NCBI RefSeq assembly: GCF_021028975.2
Contig: NC_059438.1
Location: forward strand, 3,658,001-3,722,000
Reading direction: 5' to 3'
DNA from: Sphaerodactylus townsendi
Lineage: Eukaryota
DNA: 64,000 nucleotides
A program made the translations under genes and the position numbers. Positions 51,285 through 62,794 of this stretch are shown one piece after another (the first letter of the stretch is position 1; the number at the start of each line of letters is the position of its first letter). The notes under the pieces were generated by a model. The model searched no databases, had not been told where the DNA came from, and saw only the letters and a program-made list of their open reading frames with translations.

Positions 51285-51595
51285 GGAGGCATGGTATGGT
51301 CCAATCTCATCACATCTACGAAGCTAAGCCGGGTCAGTACTTGGAAGGGAGACCTCCAAGGAAGATTCAGAAGAGGAAGGCAGTGGCAAACCTTATCTGC
51401 TTTTAACTTGCCTTGGAAGACTTTTACTTGGGTGACTGTAAGATGGATTCCGCATGGGCCAAATACAGCCATGTGAAAATGGTGTAAACCTTTTTACACC
51501 ATTTTACACCTTTTTACACCACTTTCGCACCATTTTCACACTGCTGTTTTTGGCCCATGTGGAATCCACCTAAGCCAGTTATAACCTGATGGCAT
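51285..51595 (+). mobile_element. 5S-rRNA-derived SINE interrupted by a MITE
   Basis: GAAGCTAAGCCGGGTCAGTACTTGGAAGGGAGACC (5S box A/C-like), then a GGCAGTGGCAAACC body. Confidence 0.7.
51442..51570. mobile_element. 129-bp Harbinger-type MITE with internal TTTTACACC repeats
   Basis: TIRs GATGGATTCCGCATGGGCCA / TGGCCCATGTGGAATCCACC. TSD TAA. Confidence 0.85.
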
Positions 51596-54316
51596 GTTCA
51601 GCACATTTCTCATTTTGTATTATGCAATGGGCAGAATTACCCTGCAACTCTTGATCTGTTTGTCATCAATAATGGGCTACACTTTGAGTCGATGCTTTGC
51701 TTTTGTGGCAGAGCAGTCGGTATCATTCAGGAAAATAGCCGCTGATAGCCAATACTCAGAACTTAGAGCTACCAACTTTAGGTGTGGAAATTCATGGAGC
51801 TTTGAGGGTGGAGTCTGAGGAGGGTGGGGTTTGTGGAGGGGAGGGGTCTCAGAGAGGGAAGAATGGCAAAGATGCTTCCCTCCAAAGCAGCCGTTCTCCA
51901 AAAGAACTGATCTCTGAAGTTGGAGATCAGTTGTAATTCTAGGAAGTCTCCACCCAGCACCTGGAGTTTGTAAGCCTATTTTAATCACCACCACCACCAC
52001 CTCCCAGAGGCTCTCAGTGAAAAACTATTCTTCCTTCCTTTGTTCCAATAGTTGAAATGGACTTGAGATTTATTAAATGGCTCTATAATTTACAAATCAA
52101 TAGTTCAGCAATCTTAGAAGTGTCACAGAGCGGTTTTGGCAGTGTTCGTCTGCCTGCTTATTCCCAAATCAGCACTATGTACACCCATAAACCACTGGAT
52201 AAGAGATCATTTAGAAATGTACAAACAAGTGCTTCCCTCTCCCTTTAATTCACATAGGAGTGTTGACACCCACCATTTGTACTCAACTGGCATAAGGAAA
52301 TGGAAAATATAAAATGCTGCCCACGGATCATCCTACTGAAAAAGAAGAAACAACATTGAAATCGAGCTAGACTGAACCAGGAACTTGAAAAACTCAAGTT
52401 TCAAACTAGATGTTATGGCATTCATGAGTCTGATTCATGGATGCTGTTGCCATTTAGAAATGAATTTGGACATTTTAAAATATTGTGAGTCCAGTCCTCA
52501 CAGCCCAGCAGGTTCACACAATCTTCTCCTCCACTCATGCTTTTTCAAGAGCCAGAACAACCCCTGAAGATCTATGATCCCTGTACTATCTAGCTTAGCT
52601 CTCAGTCTCCTTAAATGCAAACTAGTCATATTCCCAGCATACTCCCATTAAAAATATTTTTATATATGGAGCCTGCTGAGTATCTGAACCTAGCCACAGT
52701 TCCTTTTAGTTTTTATTTCCAACATGACTGGAATGGGAAAAGAGTTGTTGTAAAATGCACATCAAAAAATTATGAAAAAATGATCCAGGGGAGATTCTGA
52801 ATAAATACATCCCAACTTCCAATTCCTTGTCAGTACTTTAAAAGAGAACAGGGAAACAGTGGTGAGGAAATGTGACCCTACATCAGTTGCAAGACATTAA
52901 GCAGCACATTTAAAGATGTCTTTCCCCCACCAACTCCTTGAAGAGTCTTTCACCAGTCTCAAAAGACAGATTTAAAAGGAGCACCTTATTGTTCCTGGAT
53001 TTTATCTCCCGTTCTTTTGCAAAGCAACAAATTTCCATCTGCTACATTTAGAACTTAAAGTGTCCCAGAAATCTAGTAAATTACAAGCGTTATTTCTAGA
53101 TCTGTCATGGCACTATAAAACTCTGACTTTACATGCTTTCTGGACTTACGCATGCAGTTCTATTCTAGTTCATCTAAACAACTGAGACCTACTTCTTACT
53201 TCATCTGCCACCAAAACTGTAAACAGCAAAAAGGATTCAAACATACTACTATGCAATGCAGTAAGATACTCTTGTCAGATGGTACTGACTGCGAAAGAGC
53301 AAGACAAAGGGCTGGATAACTCATTGGACCTGCATGGATAAAAGCTATGTGGAACATGGGCTATAGTAAGGAGAGGCTGTTAAAGCTATACCATTAAAGG
53401 AATGTAGAGAAAAAGAACTTGGGAATACGAATCTATTAAGGAAAAGTAAGCAGGAAGAGGAGATAAGTGAAAAAGCTACCTGGATCCCACCCTAAGGATC
53501 ATCAGATCGCTGCAGGACTCTTTAGATGTCAAGGCAAGAGACATTCAGGCTTCACCACAAAGAGGATCTGGCTGTATTGCATTGTTCTTTTTTATTTTTA
53601 TTATTATTTATTAAACTTGCTATACCGCCCTATCCCCGAAGGGCTCAGGGCGGTGAACAACACAAAATTTAGTGAATGAGCTGGGATTCACTGGTGGGTC
53701 ATAGTCTGACCTAAGTTTGTTGTTGTTGTTGTTAAAAGAAAAGAGAGTCCAGTAGAGGAAAAGCAATATTGGTTGACACAATAGGATCAATATGATGGAA
53801 AAATTTGTCCTAAGAAAATGATCTGCAGTTGGACAATGAAGTTATGAATTCTTATAATGCTCTCATTTCTGTACTCCAGTGGATGCCAGGAAAGGGATCC
53901 AATTTAATTAGAGTTTCTTCACCATCTCCTTCCTTTTCCACATGGCAAATAAAATGTTGGCTGCTGTAGGGGAAAGGAGAAGGAGGGGGGATGGTTTCTT
54001 ATCCCTGTGATTTCCATTGAATCATCTGTCATTGCATCCATACATCCCCTTTTTTTTCTTTTTGCAACTTTATCCTGATCATATTGAGATTTTCCCCAAA
54101 AAAAGTTGAACTTTTCCCAGCATGACAGTTTCTGTAAAGATTTGTCAAAAGTGATTCCACTGAGAAATTCTTCTGCTTGGGGAAGAATCATCAAGACAAG
54201 GCGATGTTGGAAAGGAGTTAACCATAATCAGGACCAAGGCTAGCTCACTGTGAGATATACTAGGCTACCTCACTGTGAGAGCACAGAATGCTCATTCATC
54301 ACTAGTCTAAAACTAA

Positions 54317-54420
54317 GGCTCATTCCGCACATGCAGAATAATGCACTTTCAAACTGCTTTCAGTGCTCTTTGAAGCTGTGCAGAATGGCAAAATCCACTT
54401 GTAAACAGTTGTGAAAGTGG
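54317..54420 (+). mobile_element. 141-bp Harbinger MITE family, truncated by a Penelope insertion
   Basis: First 104 bp match the family; the right end is not recognisable. Confidence 0.85.
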
Positions 54421-54946
54421 GTGCTGTGTGGTTTCCGGGCTGTATGGCCGTGTTCTAGCAGCATTCTCTCCTGACGTTTCGCCTGCATCTGTGGCTGGCA
54501 TCTTCAGAGGATCTGATGTTGGAAAAGCAAGTGGAGTATATATATCTGTTGGAGTGTCCAGGGTGGGTGGAGAAACATTGTCTGTGAGTAACAAAGAAGG
54601 CAACCAGGTCAATAGTTGAGGACATCTGAATAGAAGTATGAGTAACAATGAAGACTATAGCATGGGAGTAACACAGGAGATAGCAAGGTCACTGGTGGGA
54701 GCATCTGAATAGAAGTATCCTGGCCTTTGTTTCTTTTGTCTATGGTCATCCTGTGTTTGTGTGGAGCTGGTTAGACACTGTCTTGACTCTAGTATTTTTC
54801 AACACTGGTAGCCAAGTTCTATTCATTTTCATAGTTTCTTCCTTTCTGTTAAAATTGTCCATGTGCTTGTGGATTTCAATTGCTTCTCTGTGTAGTCTGA
54901 CGTAGTGGCTTTCAGAGTGGTCCAGAATTTCTGTTTTTTCAAATAA
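54421..54946 (-). mobile_element. Penelope-like retroelement 3' end: GIY-YIG endonuclease C-terminus + pLTR
   Basis: Minus strand LFEKTEILDHSESHYVRLHREAIEIHKHMDNFNRKEETMKMNRTWLPVLK..* (REAIEI..NFNR motif), followed by a hammerhead-bearing terminus. Confidence 0.9.
54469..54511 (-). ncRNA. Minimal type I hammerhead ribozyme motif
   Basis: Minus strand TCCT-CTGAAGA-T-GCC..GGC-GAAAC-GTC-AGGA, identical to 6896-6938. Confidence 0.8.
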
Positions 54947-56559
54947 CCAATTTTATGCAGGGGGCACCATACCCCTAACCCTCCCAATGTGAAAGGATGA
55001 CTGTAGTGTTGAAAAGGGTTAAAACAACCCCCTAACCATGATCTGTCTTCTCTCCCCCCCTTGCTATTTACCCTTTAAAGCCCAACAAGATATCTGTTCA
55101 CATACAGTTTTACTGTAATATTGGGACAAGTGATTGTGTACTTTGTAACTGAGAGCATGAAGTGCAATAGCTTTTCATTGGTTTGCAAATAAGCCAAGGA
55201 TTGGAAAGAAGGGCTAATAGCAAAGGAAACTGATTACAGCCCTTTTCCGATCCTGAGACTTCTTGTAGGTCAAGTAAGTCCAGATGTTCTTAGCTGTTTG
55301 GTTACCTCCCTGAAATACATCAACTTTTAATTCTAGAAGAAGGGGCACAATTCCTCTCATTCCTCTCTTTTTGAAAAGATATAGTTCATACAAGCATTTC
55401 TTTCAGCAAGGAACACCCCTCCAATAATCTGTATTATCACTAGTGAACATGGAACTGCCTTATACTAAACCAGACCATTCATCCATTGAGATCAGGTAGT
55501 GGTGTGAAATTCTGCATAGAAAGCATCTTCTCTGCCACTGATCCACGGCCCTTTAAAGAGAAAGACATCTTATACTGAGTGAGACCTTTGCCCTATTGTC
55601 TGTATTCTCTACTCTGATGGGCGTCAGCTCTCTAGGAACTCACATAGAGATCTTTCACATCATCTGCTACCTAATCCTTTTAACACAAGATGCTCAGAAC
55701 TGAATCAGGGATCTTCTGTGTGCAAAGCAGATTTTTGAACAATAAGGCACTACCCGTAAACATCTTTCCATTCTCCCTTTTTTCTGCTACCTTATGCATG
55801 CCCTGACCTGGATGATTCAGGCTCAATTTCATGTGACCTCAGAAGCTAAGCAATATTAACAAAATTCCTGCAAATACATCTATGGCTTTTGCTGCCTTTC
55901 AGGATCTCCCTAGCAGCCAACCTTCAAGCTTTCCTTTAATTTAAAATGTAACACACAATTGAAAAGCCTATTTTAACAATGGAGTAGGTTATATCTTTAT
56001 GGCAAATATTGCTAATGAGGATAATGGATATGCTTTGACTTCAGTCTGTAGCTTTTACTTTACAGGCTTCCAAGGTTTTTTTTAACCCTTAAAAGAAAAA
56101 AAAAACTTTCAATCATTTTGCCAAGAGGAAATCTTAATTCCTAGCTATGCAACAGATTTGAAAGGTCAGGGTTGCATAGAAATGCTTGCCTTAATTTAAA
56201 TGAATTTATTATTCTTGCCAGAGAGTTTTCTTTGCATCCCCTCTCTGCTTTTTCTTAAAGGTAGGTATTTAAAAGGTGAAACAAGCATCACAAAGATTAC
56301 CACTGCATTCAAGAAACCGCAAACACACTGTGTGACAGTGCTGTACCTGACAAGGAACTTTTTTTTTTGCAAAACAACAACCACCAGAAGGTCTGGTAGA
56401 GAGAGTGGACACTTATGCCATCTGAGTTGGCTCCTTCTGTGTCACTTGTATAAAAGCAGCAACTGGCTATGGCAGCCTGTACCTTGCTGAAGTAGAGTGC
56501 AGCAAAAAATGCTATAAAGCTGCCATAACACTGTTGAAAAATGCAGCAAGACACAAATA

Positions 56560-56790
56560 TGAGGAGGAGAAGTTTAGATTTATACCCTCCTTTCTCTCCT
56601 ATAAGGAGACTCAAAGGGGCTTACAATCTCCTTTCCCTTCCCTCCCCCACAAAAACTCTGTGAGGTGGATGGGGCTGAGAGAGTTCCGAAGAGCTGTGAC
56701 TTGCCCAAGGTCACCCAGCTGGCATGTGTTGGAGTGCACAGGATAATGTAGTTCCCCAGATAAGCCTCCACAGCTCAGGTGGCAGAGCAG
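56560..56790 (-). mobile_element. Squam3-like CORE SINE, 5' truncated
   Basis: Close match to 46586-46887. Confidence 0.85.
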
Positions 56791-56904
56791 GGGATGCCAA
56801 ATTGGTGTTCATAAGAGGCAGACTGGTGAGATAGTTAAGAGTGTTGGACTAATGCTTGGGAGACCTGGCTTTGAATTTTCTCTCATGCCATGGAAGTTCT
56901 CTAG

Positions 56905-57367
56905 GGCTGTTTCTGCACAGCCACACTCAGGGGGTCCCAGTAGGGATGGGGAAGATGGCACAGCCTGAGCGGAGGCTGTGCCATCGCCGAATGCCTTATC
57001 TTCCCTCTGACCTTCCGGCGCGTCGCCCAGGCCAGGGGACACACACCTCTGCCCTGCGTGACAGCTCTGGAGTCGCAGGGCAGGGGGGCGTGTTCCCTGG
57101 CCTGGGTGACGCGCCGGAAGGTTGGAGGGAAGGTAAGGCGTTCAGGAAAGGGGGGAATGGTGCCTTCCAGCTGCTGCCATTCGCACGGCAGCGGTTGGAA
57201 GCCACTGTTTCCGAAAAACCTTGCCCAGGGAGCGAGGTTCAGAAACAGGAGGTTGCAGCAGCAGCGGCCGTGCAAACCCCTCCCCAGGGACGCTGTGCGA
57301 ACCCCTCCCCAGGGACACTGTTTTTAGCGTCCCTGGGTCGTTGTATTCCACCCGTGCGGAAACAGCC
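56905..57367 (+). mobile_element. 463-bp GC-rich Harbinger-type MITE nested in a MIR-like SINE
   Basis: TIRs GGCTGTTTCTGCAC / GTGCGGAAACAGCC. TSD TAG. Confidence 0.9.
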
Positions 57368-57486
57368 TAGGTCACCTTTGGTTGTTCAAACACTCGGCTT
57401 AACCTACTTCACACTGTTGTGAGGATAAAATGAAGGAGATGAAAGTAATGTAGGCCATTTTGGTTCCCCACTGGGGAGAAAGGCAG

Positions 57487-57549
57487 AATGAATGAATGAA
57501 TGAATGAATGAATGAATGAATGAATGAATGAATGAATGAATGAATGAAT
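57487..57549. repeat. (AATG)n microsatellite at a SINE tail
   Basis: Directly visible in the sequence. Confidence 0.95.
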
Positions 57550-58989
57550 CTGTCCACTGGAGGAGAAAGGCTGTTTCCCCACAGGTCACCTAAAACATTT
57601 TAGATCCGCCCCCAAATAACACAATTTTTATTCACACTGACCCCTTTGAAATGATTCCTGGCTGCCACTTTCTGTTTTTCTTTTTTCCCAATGCACTGAC
57701 AAATCAATGCTTCTATGCTTCACGCTTCGTGCCTCAATTCCCTGAGTCTCCTGTAGTCGATGCTGTGATTAAGTCCCCTCCCCAGATAACTATCCTGTTT
57801 TAAAAACTATCCAGCCAGAGAATTGTTGTAAAAGGGGATTCCTTTGAAACACCTTGAGTTTGCAAATAAAATGGTTTTTTTTGGGGGGGGGGGAACAATG
57901 CAGAACTCCTTGGAGGAAACATTTTATTTCTTTCCTGAACATTTTAAAGTGTCTTTGTGGAAAGGGCCAAAGAGCGGATTACATGTAAGCTGTTCTCTCT
58001 ATACCTGTTTCTGTTAGGGACCTTTACAGAGACAGACTGACAGGCTACCCACCATGATTGCATTTCAAGGCAGAAAATTCATTTACTGCTCTCTTTCCTT
58101 AAAAGATCTCAAGAAGGTCAAGTTTGTGCCAGAGCCTGTATTAATAACTCTTCGTAACTGAGTACCCAACATAACACTGCTTTGTGTAAAGGTTAATACT
58201 GATTGTTTGGCAGGTATTAAGCATCAAATGATTGTGTGCAACTGGTTTTCTTAATGTGTCTAGCGAGTGAAAAACAGCCTTGACAAAAACCTATTAGCCC
58301 ACTCAACTATAAATAAGTAAATAAATAAAATATGCAACAAGGTGGCAGGTAATACTTTTTTAATGGAGCCAACCAGGAAAGCATGAAATAGAAAGTCTAC
58401 CTTGTTAGTCAGTGCATACGAAACACAGAGGCCAGAGGCAATTATATATATACCATATACCACATACCATATACAACTGCATAATTGTAAGCACTTACAA
58501 CTTAATGTGAATTAAATAAAAAAGCAGCTTGAAGCAATGAAAATTGAATTATTACCTTAAGAACAAATGTGATGCTTTGGGGTAATTTCAAAATTCCTTC
58601 CAGGTTCGTAACATACCATTCAGAACAAGACAGGCTACACTTACCTTTCAGTATCCAAATGTTATTTGCCTTTCATAAAGATAACTCTTGTATCCTTACA
58701 ATGAGAAAAAATTGGAGTTAATTGGCCCACTAAGTGATTAATTTAATCAGGGTGGGGAAGTGTTAGTGCTAACATTAGTTGATCAGGTGATTCCCTGTAA
58801 ATTGTCAAATAGGTAAAATGAAATGAGAATCCAAAATAGAAATTAGAATGAACGAAAGCAGTAGAATGTGAGAAATATCAAAGAAATTGTAACATTGCAT
58901 AGCTTGGTGTGGAGAGCCCTCTAGCGACTCTAAATTACAAATTCAGAAAGAGGTTGTTGATATGTTAAAAGTTAAATGGTGAGAGATGA

Positions 58990-59168
58990 GGACTTTTGAT
59001 GAGTTTCACAGCCGGAATCGACTTGTTGTGGGTTTTCCAGGGCTTGGTAGCTTTCCCTCCTAGTATTTCGCTTGCATCTATGACTGGCAACTTCACATGC
59101 AGGTGAAATTTTAAGAGCAAAAGCTACCAGAACATGACCACACAGCCTGGAAAACTCATAACAGCCAA
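58990..59168. mobile_element. Old inverted Penelope-like terminal remnant; hammerhead core decayed
   Basis: TTTCACAGCCGGAATC..TTTCGCTTGCATCTATGACTGGCAACTTCA on one arm and GAACATGACCACACAGCCTGGAAAAC on the other, homologous to 6877-7024. Confidence 0.6.
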
Positions 59169-59306
59169 TGCTAAGGACCTCTGTGTGTGTGTGTTTTAAC
59201 ATCATTAGTTGTATGATATTTGTTGTGGGTTAGATTTATTTATTTGTTTGTTTGTTATTAGATTTGTTATACCACCTACCCCCGAAGGGCTCTGGGCGGT
59301 TTACAG

Positions 59307-59414
59307 CACAAGTGTCAAACTTGCGGCCCTCCAGATATTATGGACTACAGTTCCCATTATGTGATGTGAACTGTAGTCCATAATATCTGGAGGACCGTGA
59401 GTCTGACACCTATG
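59307..59414. mobile_element. Palindromic hAT MITE nested in an L2-like tail
   Basis: Related to 13130-13264. TSD GTTTACAG/GTGTACAG. Confidence 0.82.
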
Positions 59415-59531
59415 GTGTACAGGTACATATAAATAGTATTAAAACATACTTTACAAATTAAAATTAGAACCATAAACCAAAACAACACAGAACAAGTGAA
59501 TCAAGATGGCGACTTAATAGATAGTCTAGCC

Positions 59532-59679
59532 CAGGGGTCTGCAACCTGTGGCTCTCCAGATGTTCATGGACTACAAATCCCAACAGCCCCTGCCAGCATG
59601 GCAAATTGTTCATGCTGGCAGGGGCTGATGGGATTTGTAGTCCACGAATATCTGGAGAGCCACAGGTTGCAGACCCCTG
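59532..59679. mobile_element. Palindromic hAT MITE (148 bp)
   Basis: TIR CAGGGGTCTGCAACC. 8-bp TSD GTCTAGCC. Confidence 0.92.
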
Positions 59680-61095
59680 GTCTAGCCCTCCACCCTGAGG
59701 GAGTTGGACACAACCATCCAATCTCACCCCTCCCAACCTATCCCATGAACTCATATACTAACTCAGGCAGAACAAGCAGAACACTATGCCCTTTGGAACC
59801 CACAATAGGTCATCTAAAGGGCAACCACTAATAAGGCCACAAAAAATTGAAGCACCTACTCTAAGCCTACAGATAACTACTACCTAAGCTAAAACTATCA
59901 GACTAACAACAGGGATAAGATACAGAATTAAACTACAAAGCTACAAAGCTACAGAACTATAAGAGGGGCAGACTACAAAGGGGATAGCTACAAGAGCTAC
60001 GAGCTACAGATCTATGTCTGAAAACAGGTGGGAATATCTTGTATGTTATAAATTTATAATCATTATTGTTTTATGTGTCAAAGGAACTCAGCTATATCTG
60101 CCAAGTTGTATTTGCGTGCACACAACAAACACACACACACACACACACATAAGGAAAGTATTATGTATCTACCTCCAAATGGAACAAGATGAAAAATACT
60201 TAACAAAGATTTTACCTACAATGTATTCACACTGTTTAACACATCTAGGTTCAGTGTGTTAACCAACTGACAATATAGCCTTAGATGCCACTGTCTGGAA
60301 TGATGGTTTTATTCATTCTTTGAATTGCAGGGGCTAGAGTTTCAGACTGGAAGACTCAGATTCACATCTCCACTCTTCCTTGGTGCTCCCTGAGTGACCT
60401 TGGGTCAGCCACATACTTTCAGCCTATCCTTCCTCACCAAGTTGTGAAGCTAAAATGGAGGAGAGGTGGGATATCAGTGAAGTAAATAATGAAATACATT
60501 ATTTTACTGTGATGGTGGGGGGAGGCAATGTTGTAAAGCTGGGGCCCAACCTTTTCAAGCCTGCTGGCACATTTGGAATTCTGACATGGCTTGGTGGGTG
60601 CGGTAACAAAACGGATGTCAGAAAATGGCTGCCGCAGAAGTCGGACCAGCCACAAAATGATTGCCACAGCCTCACTTCAGTAAAGTAGTGCAGATCTTTG
60701 TGATGTGCTACCAAAGCAATGTTTAGTATAATCTGAACATCCATTCAGATCTCCAATAGTCAATCAGGTGTGCTGGGCAGAAGCCCTTCTTGGCCCCATC
60801 CACTTCCCAATAACAGTTGGTGGGGACTAGAAGAGGTGTCAATGAGGGCCTTAGTGCCCATGGGCACCATATTGGGAACCTTTGCAGTACAATTAATGAA
60901 GACATGAAGCTGCCACATACTGAGCCATCTCACTGGTCTGTCAAGGCTGGAATTGTCAGCTCTGACTAGCCACAGCTGTCCAGGGTAAAGGAGCGGTCTT
61001 TCACATTACCTCCTACTTGACCAATTTACTGAAGCTGGGAATTTCCGCATGCAAAGCAGATGACTTTCCACTGAGTCATAGCCCTTCCACACTTT

Positions 61096-61236
61096 GGCTC
61101 ATTCCGCACATGCAGAATAATGCACTTTCAAACTGCTTTCAATGCTCTTTGAAGCTGTGTGGAATGGCAAAATCCACTTGCAAACAGTTGTGAAAGTGGT
61201 TTGAAAACGCATTATTTTGCGTGTGCGGAAGGGGCC
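61096..61236 (+). mobile_element. 141-bp Harbinger-type MITE
   Basis: Same family as 14287-14427. TSD TTT. Confidence 0.9.
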
Positions 61237-62077
61237 TTTGTTAGGCATCATGTGACGAAGTATTTCATTGTGTCTGTCTAGAGCCAGTTTCTCCAAGGCC
61301 CACTCAACTTCACCAGGGTCAGGACAGACACGGGGGGGGGGGGGGGCAGAAATGAAGGATTTTTTAAAAGAAAGCAACAGATTGCTAAATGGGAAGGCAG
61401 CAGAAGTATTACAATTTCCCACTGCAGTTCTTCTAATTAAGTAGGAAAACATTTGCAAAACATCGTCTCTATTTCTTACATAGGAACAATTGCCTTCTCT
61501 TCTGACAGCACATCTGTAATCCAGGGGGAAATTACATCTATACTCGTGTCAGTATTGTTCAATCCCAGGAGAAGCGATCTGGCAAAGGAACCCTATACTA
61601 CAGGATAGTTGAGTTCCGGGACTTTGTCAACATACTTCAGGTAACTGGATTCAGCAGAAGTATAGTCAAACTTAATCCACAAGCTGTCTGGCCACTTTCC
61701 TCTCTGACATACATTTTCTCATCTTTATGTCTACTGCTGTTAGTTCTTAAAGCTGGGAGGGGAATGGAAATTTTTTTTACAAATGTTCCAAGGAGCTTTT
61801 TTCTTATCTACATCTATAGGGCACTCTTGTGAGATAACAATGCCACCTACAGCCCAACCGTGAAATAACTCCAGCACACACAACAACAAATTCCTCCACT
61901 AATATCAATCCCCAAACAATCACAGGAATGTAAAATTAGGACCGAGCAAACTAGTGAGTGCAAGCACTCATACTCTCAGGAGACTGGATGTTAGGTGCAG
62001 AAAAGGAGGAAAGGACCAGACATTTAGATAGGCATGAGGGGAAAATCCCAAGTTTCTTTGCAGTTATAAAGTTCTTA

Positions 62078-62794
62078 CAAACAAACAAACAAAGAACCTT
62101 TATTGGCACAACAGCATTATATACACAAATCCACTTAACCAAGTAGAGGGAAGCTATAAATGTACAGGTAGAGAAGGCTGATGTTCAGGATTTGCTCCTA
62201 AAGCGCTGTTTTACATACAAATCCAAAAATTTGGTGACTGCATCGTTTGCATCACTACTGGAGCTGTCCAACAGAAAGGTAATCTTTTGCAAGTCAGATG
62301 CATACTCTTTTTTGAGTAGCAGAGGTGACAGGTATTTGACTCTGGGTCCTGTGTAAAGTGGACAATAAAGTAAAATATGGTCTATAGAGTCAACACAGTT
62401 CCCGTTGCATATGCATAGCCTTTGGCGGTAAGGGGTTTTAGTGAATCTCCCTGTTGATACGGCTGATGGAAGGGCATTGCAACGGGCCAACATCATTGCT
62501 CTACGGAGCCTGGGCACGGTTATCTGGTGCAGGTATTGAGCCCCCTTATTACCAGTGTAGGTGATACCTAGAGCTAAAGGAGAGCAAGTCCTGGAAGCCT
62601 TTTCGAGTAGGATCTGATGTTCCTGGTCAAACAACCTTCTCCTCAGAAGCTGGAAAGTCTCTTTAGATGGTAGCATGGCCAGATAATCCAAAGAATAGCC
62701 TAATTTGTTAATTTTTGTTTCTATAATGCCCCACCAATCCGAGTGACAAGAAGTCTTGAGGGCTTTATATGACAAGGAGGCTGCATCGCGGTTG
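62078..62794 (-). mobile_element. 5'-truncated RTE-X-like LINE with uninterrupted ORF2 C-terminus
   Basis: 196-aa ORF at 62185-62775 (MLARCNALPSAVSTGRF..RLCIC..DHILLYCPLY). AATAAAGG followed by a (TTTG)n tail. 12-bp TSD ATAAAGTTCTTA at 62066-62077 and 62795-62806. Confidence 0.85.

Noticed and set aside
51285-51360. 5S rRNA gene (also 28860-28960)
   Set aside because: Partial, diverged and fused to a SINE body, so a 5S-derived SINE head.
56856-57422. 188-aa ORF and overlapping ORFs (similar clusters at 25012-25602 and 33697-34319)
   Set aside because: They lie in GC-rich MITEs with TIRs and TSDs. Open frames reflect stop-codon scarcity, and no domain is recognisable.
58640-58797. Minus-strand exon bounded by TTTACAG and GTAAGT
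   Set aside because: No recognisable product. Splice-like motifs occur by chance at this frequency and there is no transcript evidence.
14287-61236. CRISPR-like array of recurring palindromic units
   Set aside because: The repeats are dispersed, have TSDs and lack regular spacers, and the sequence is eukaryotic.
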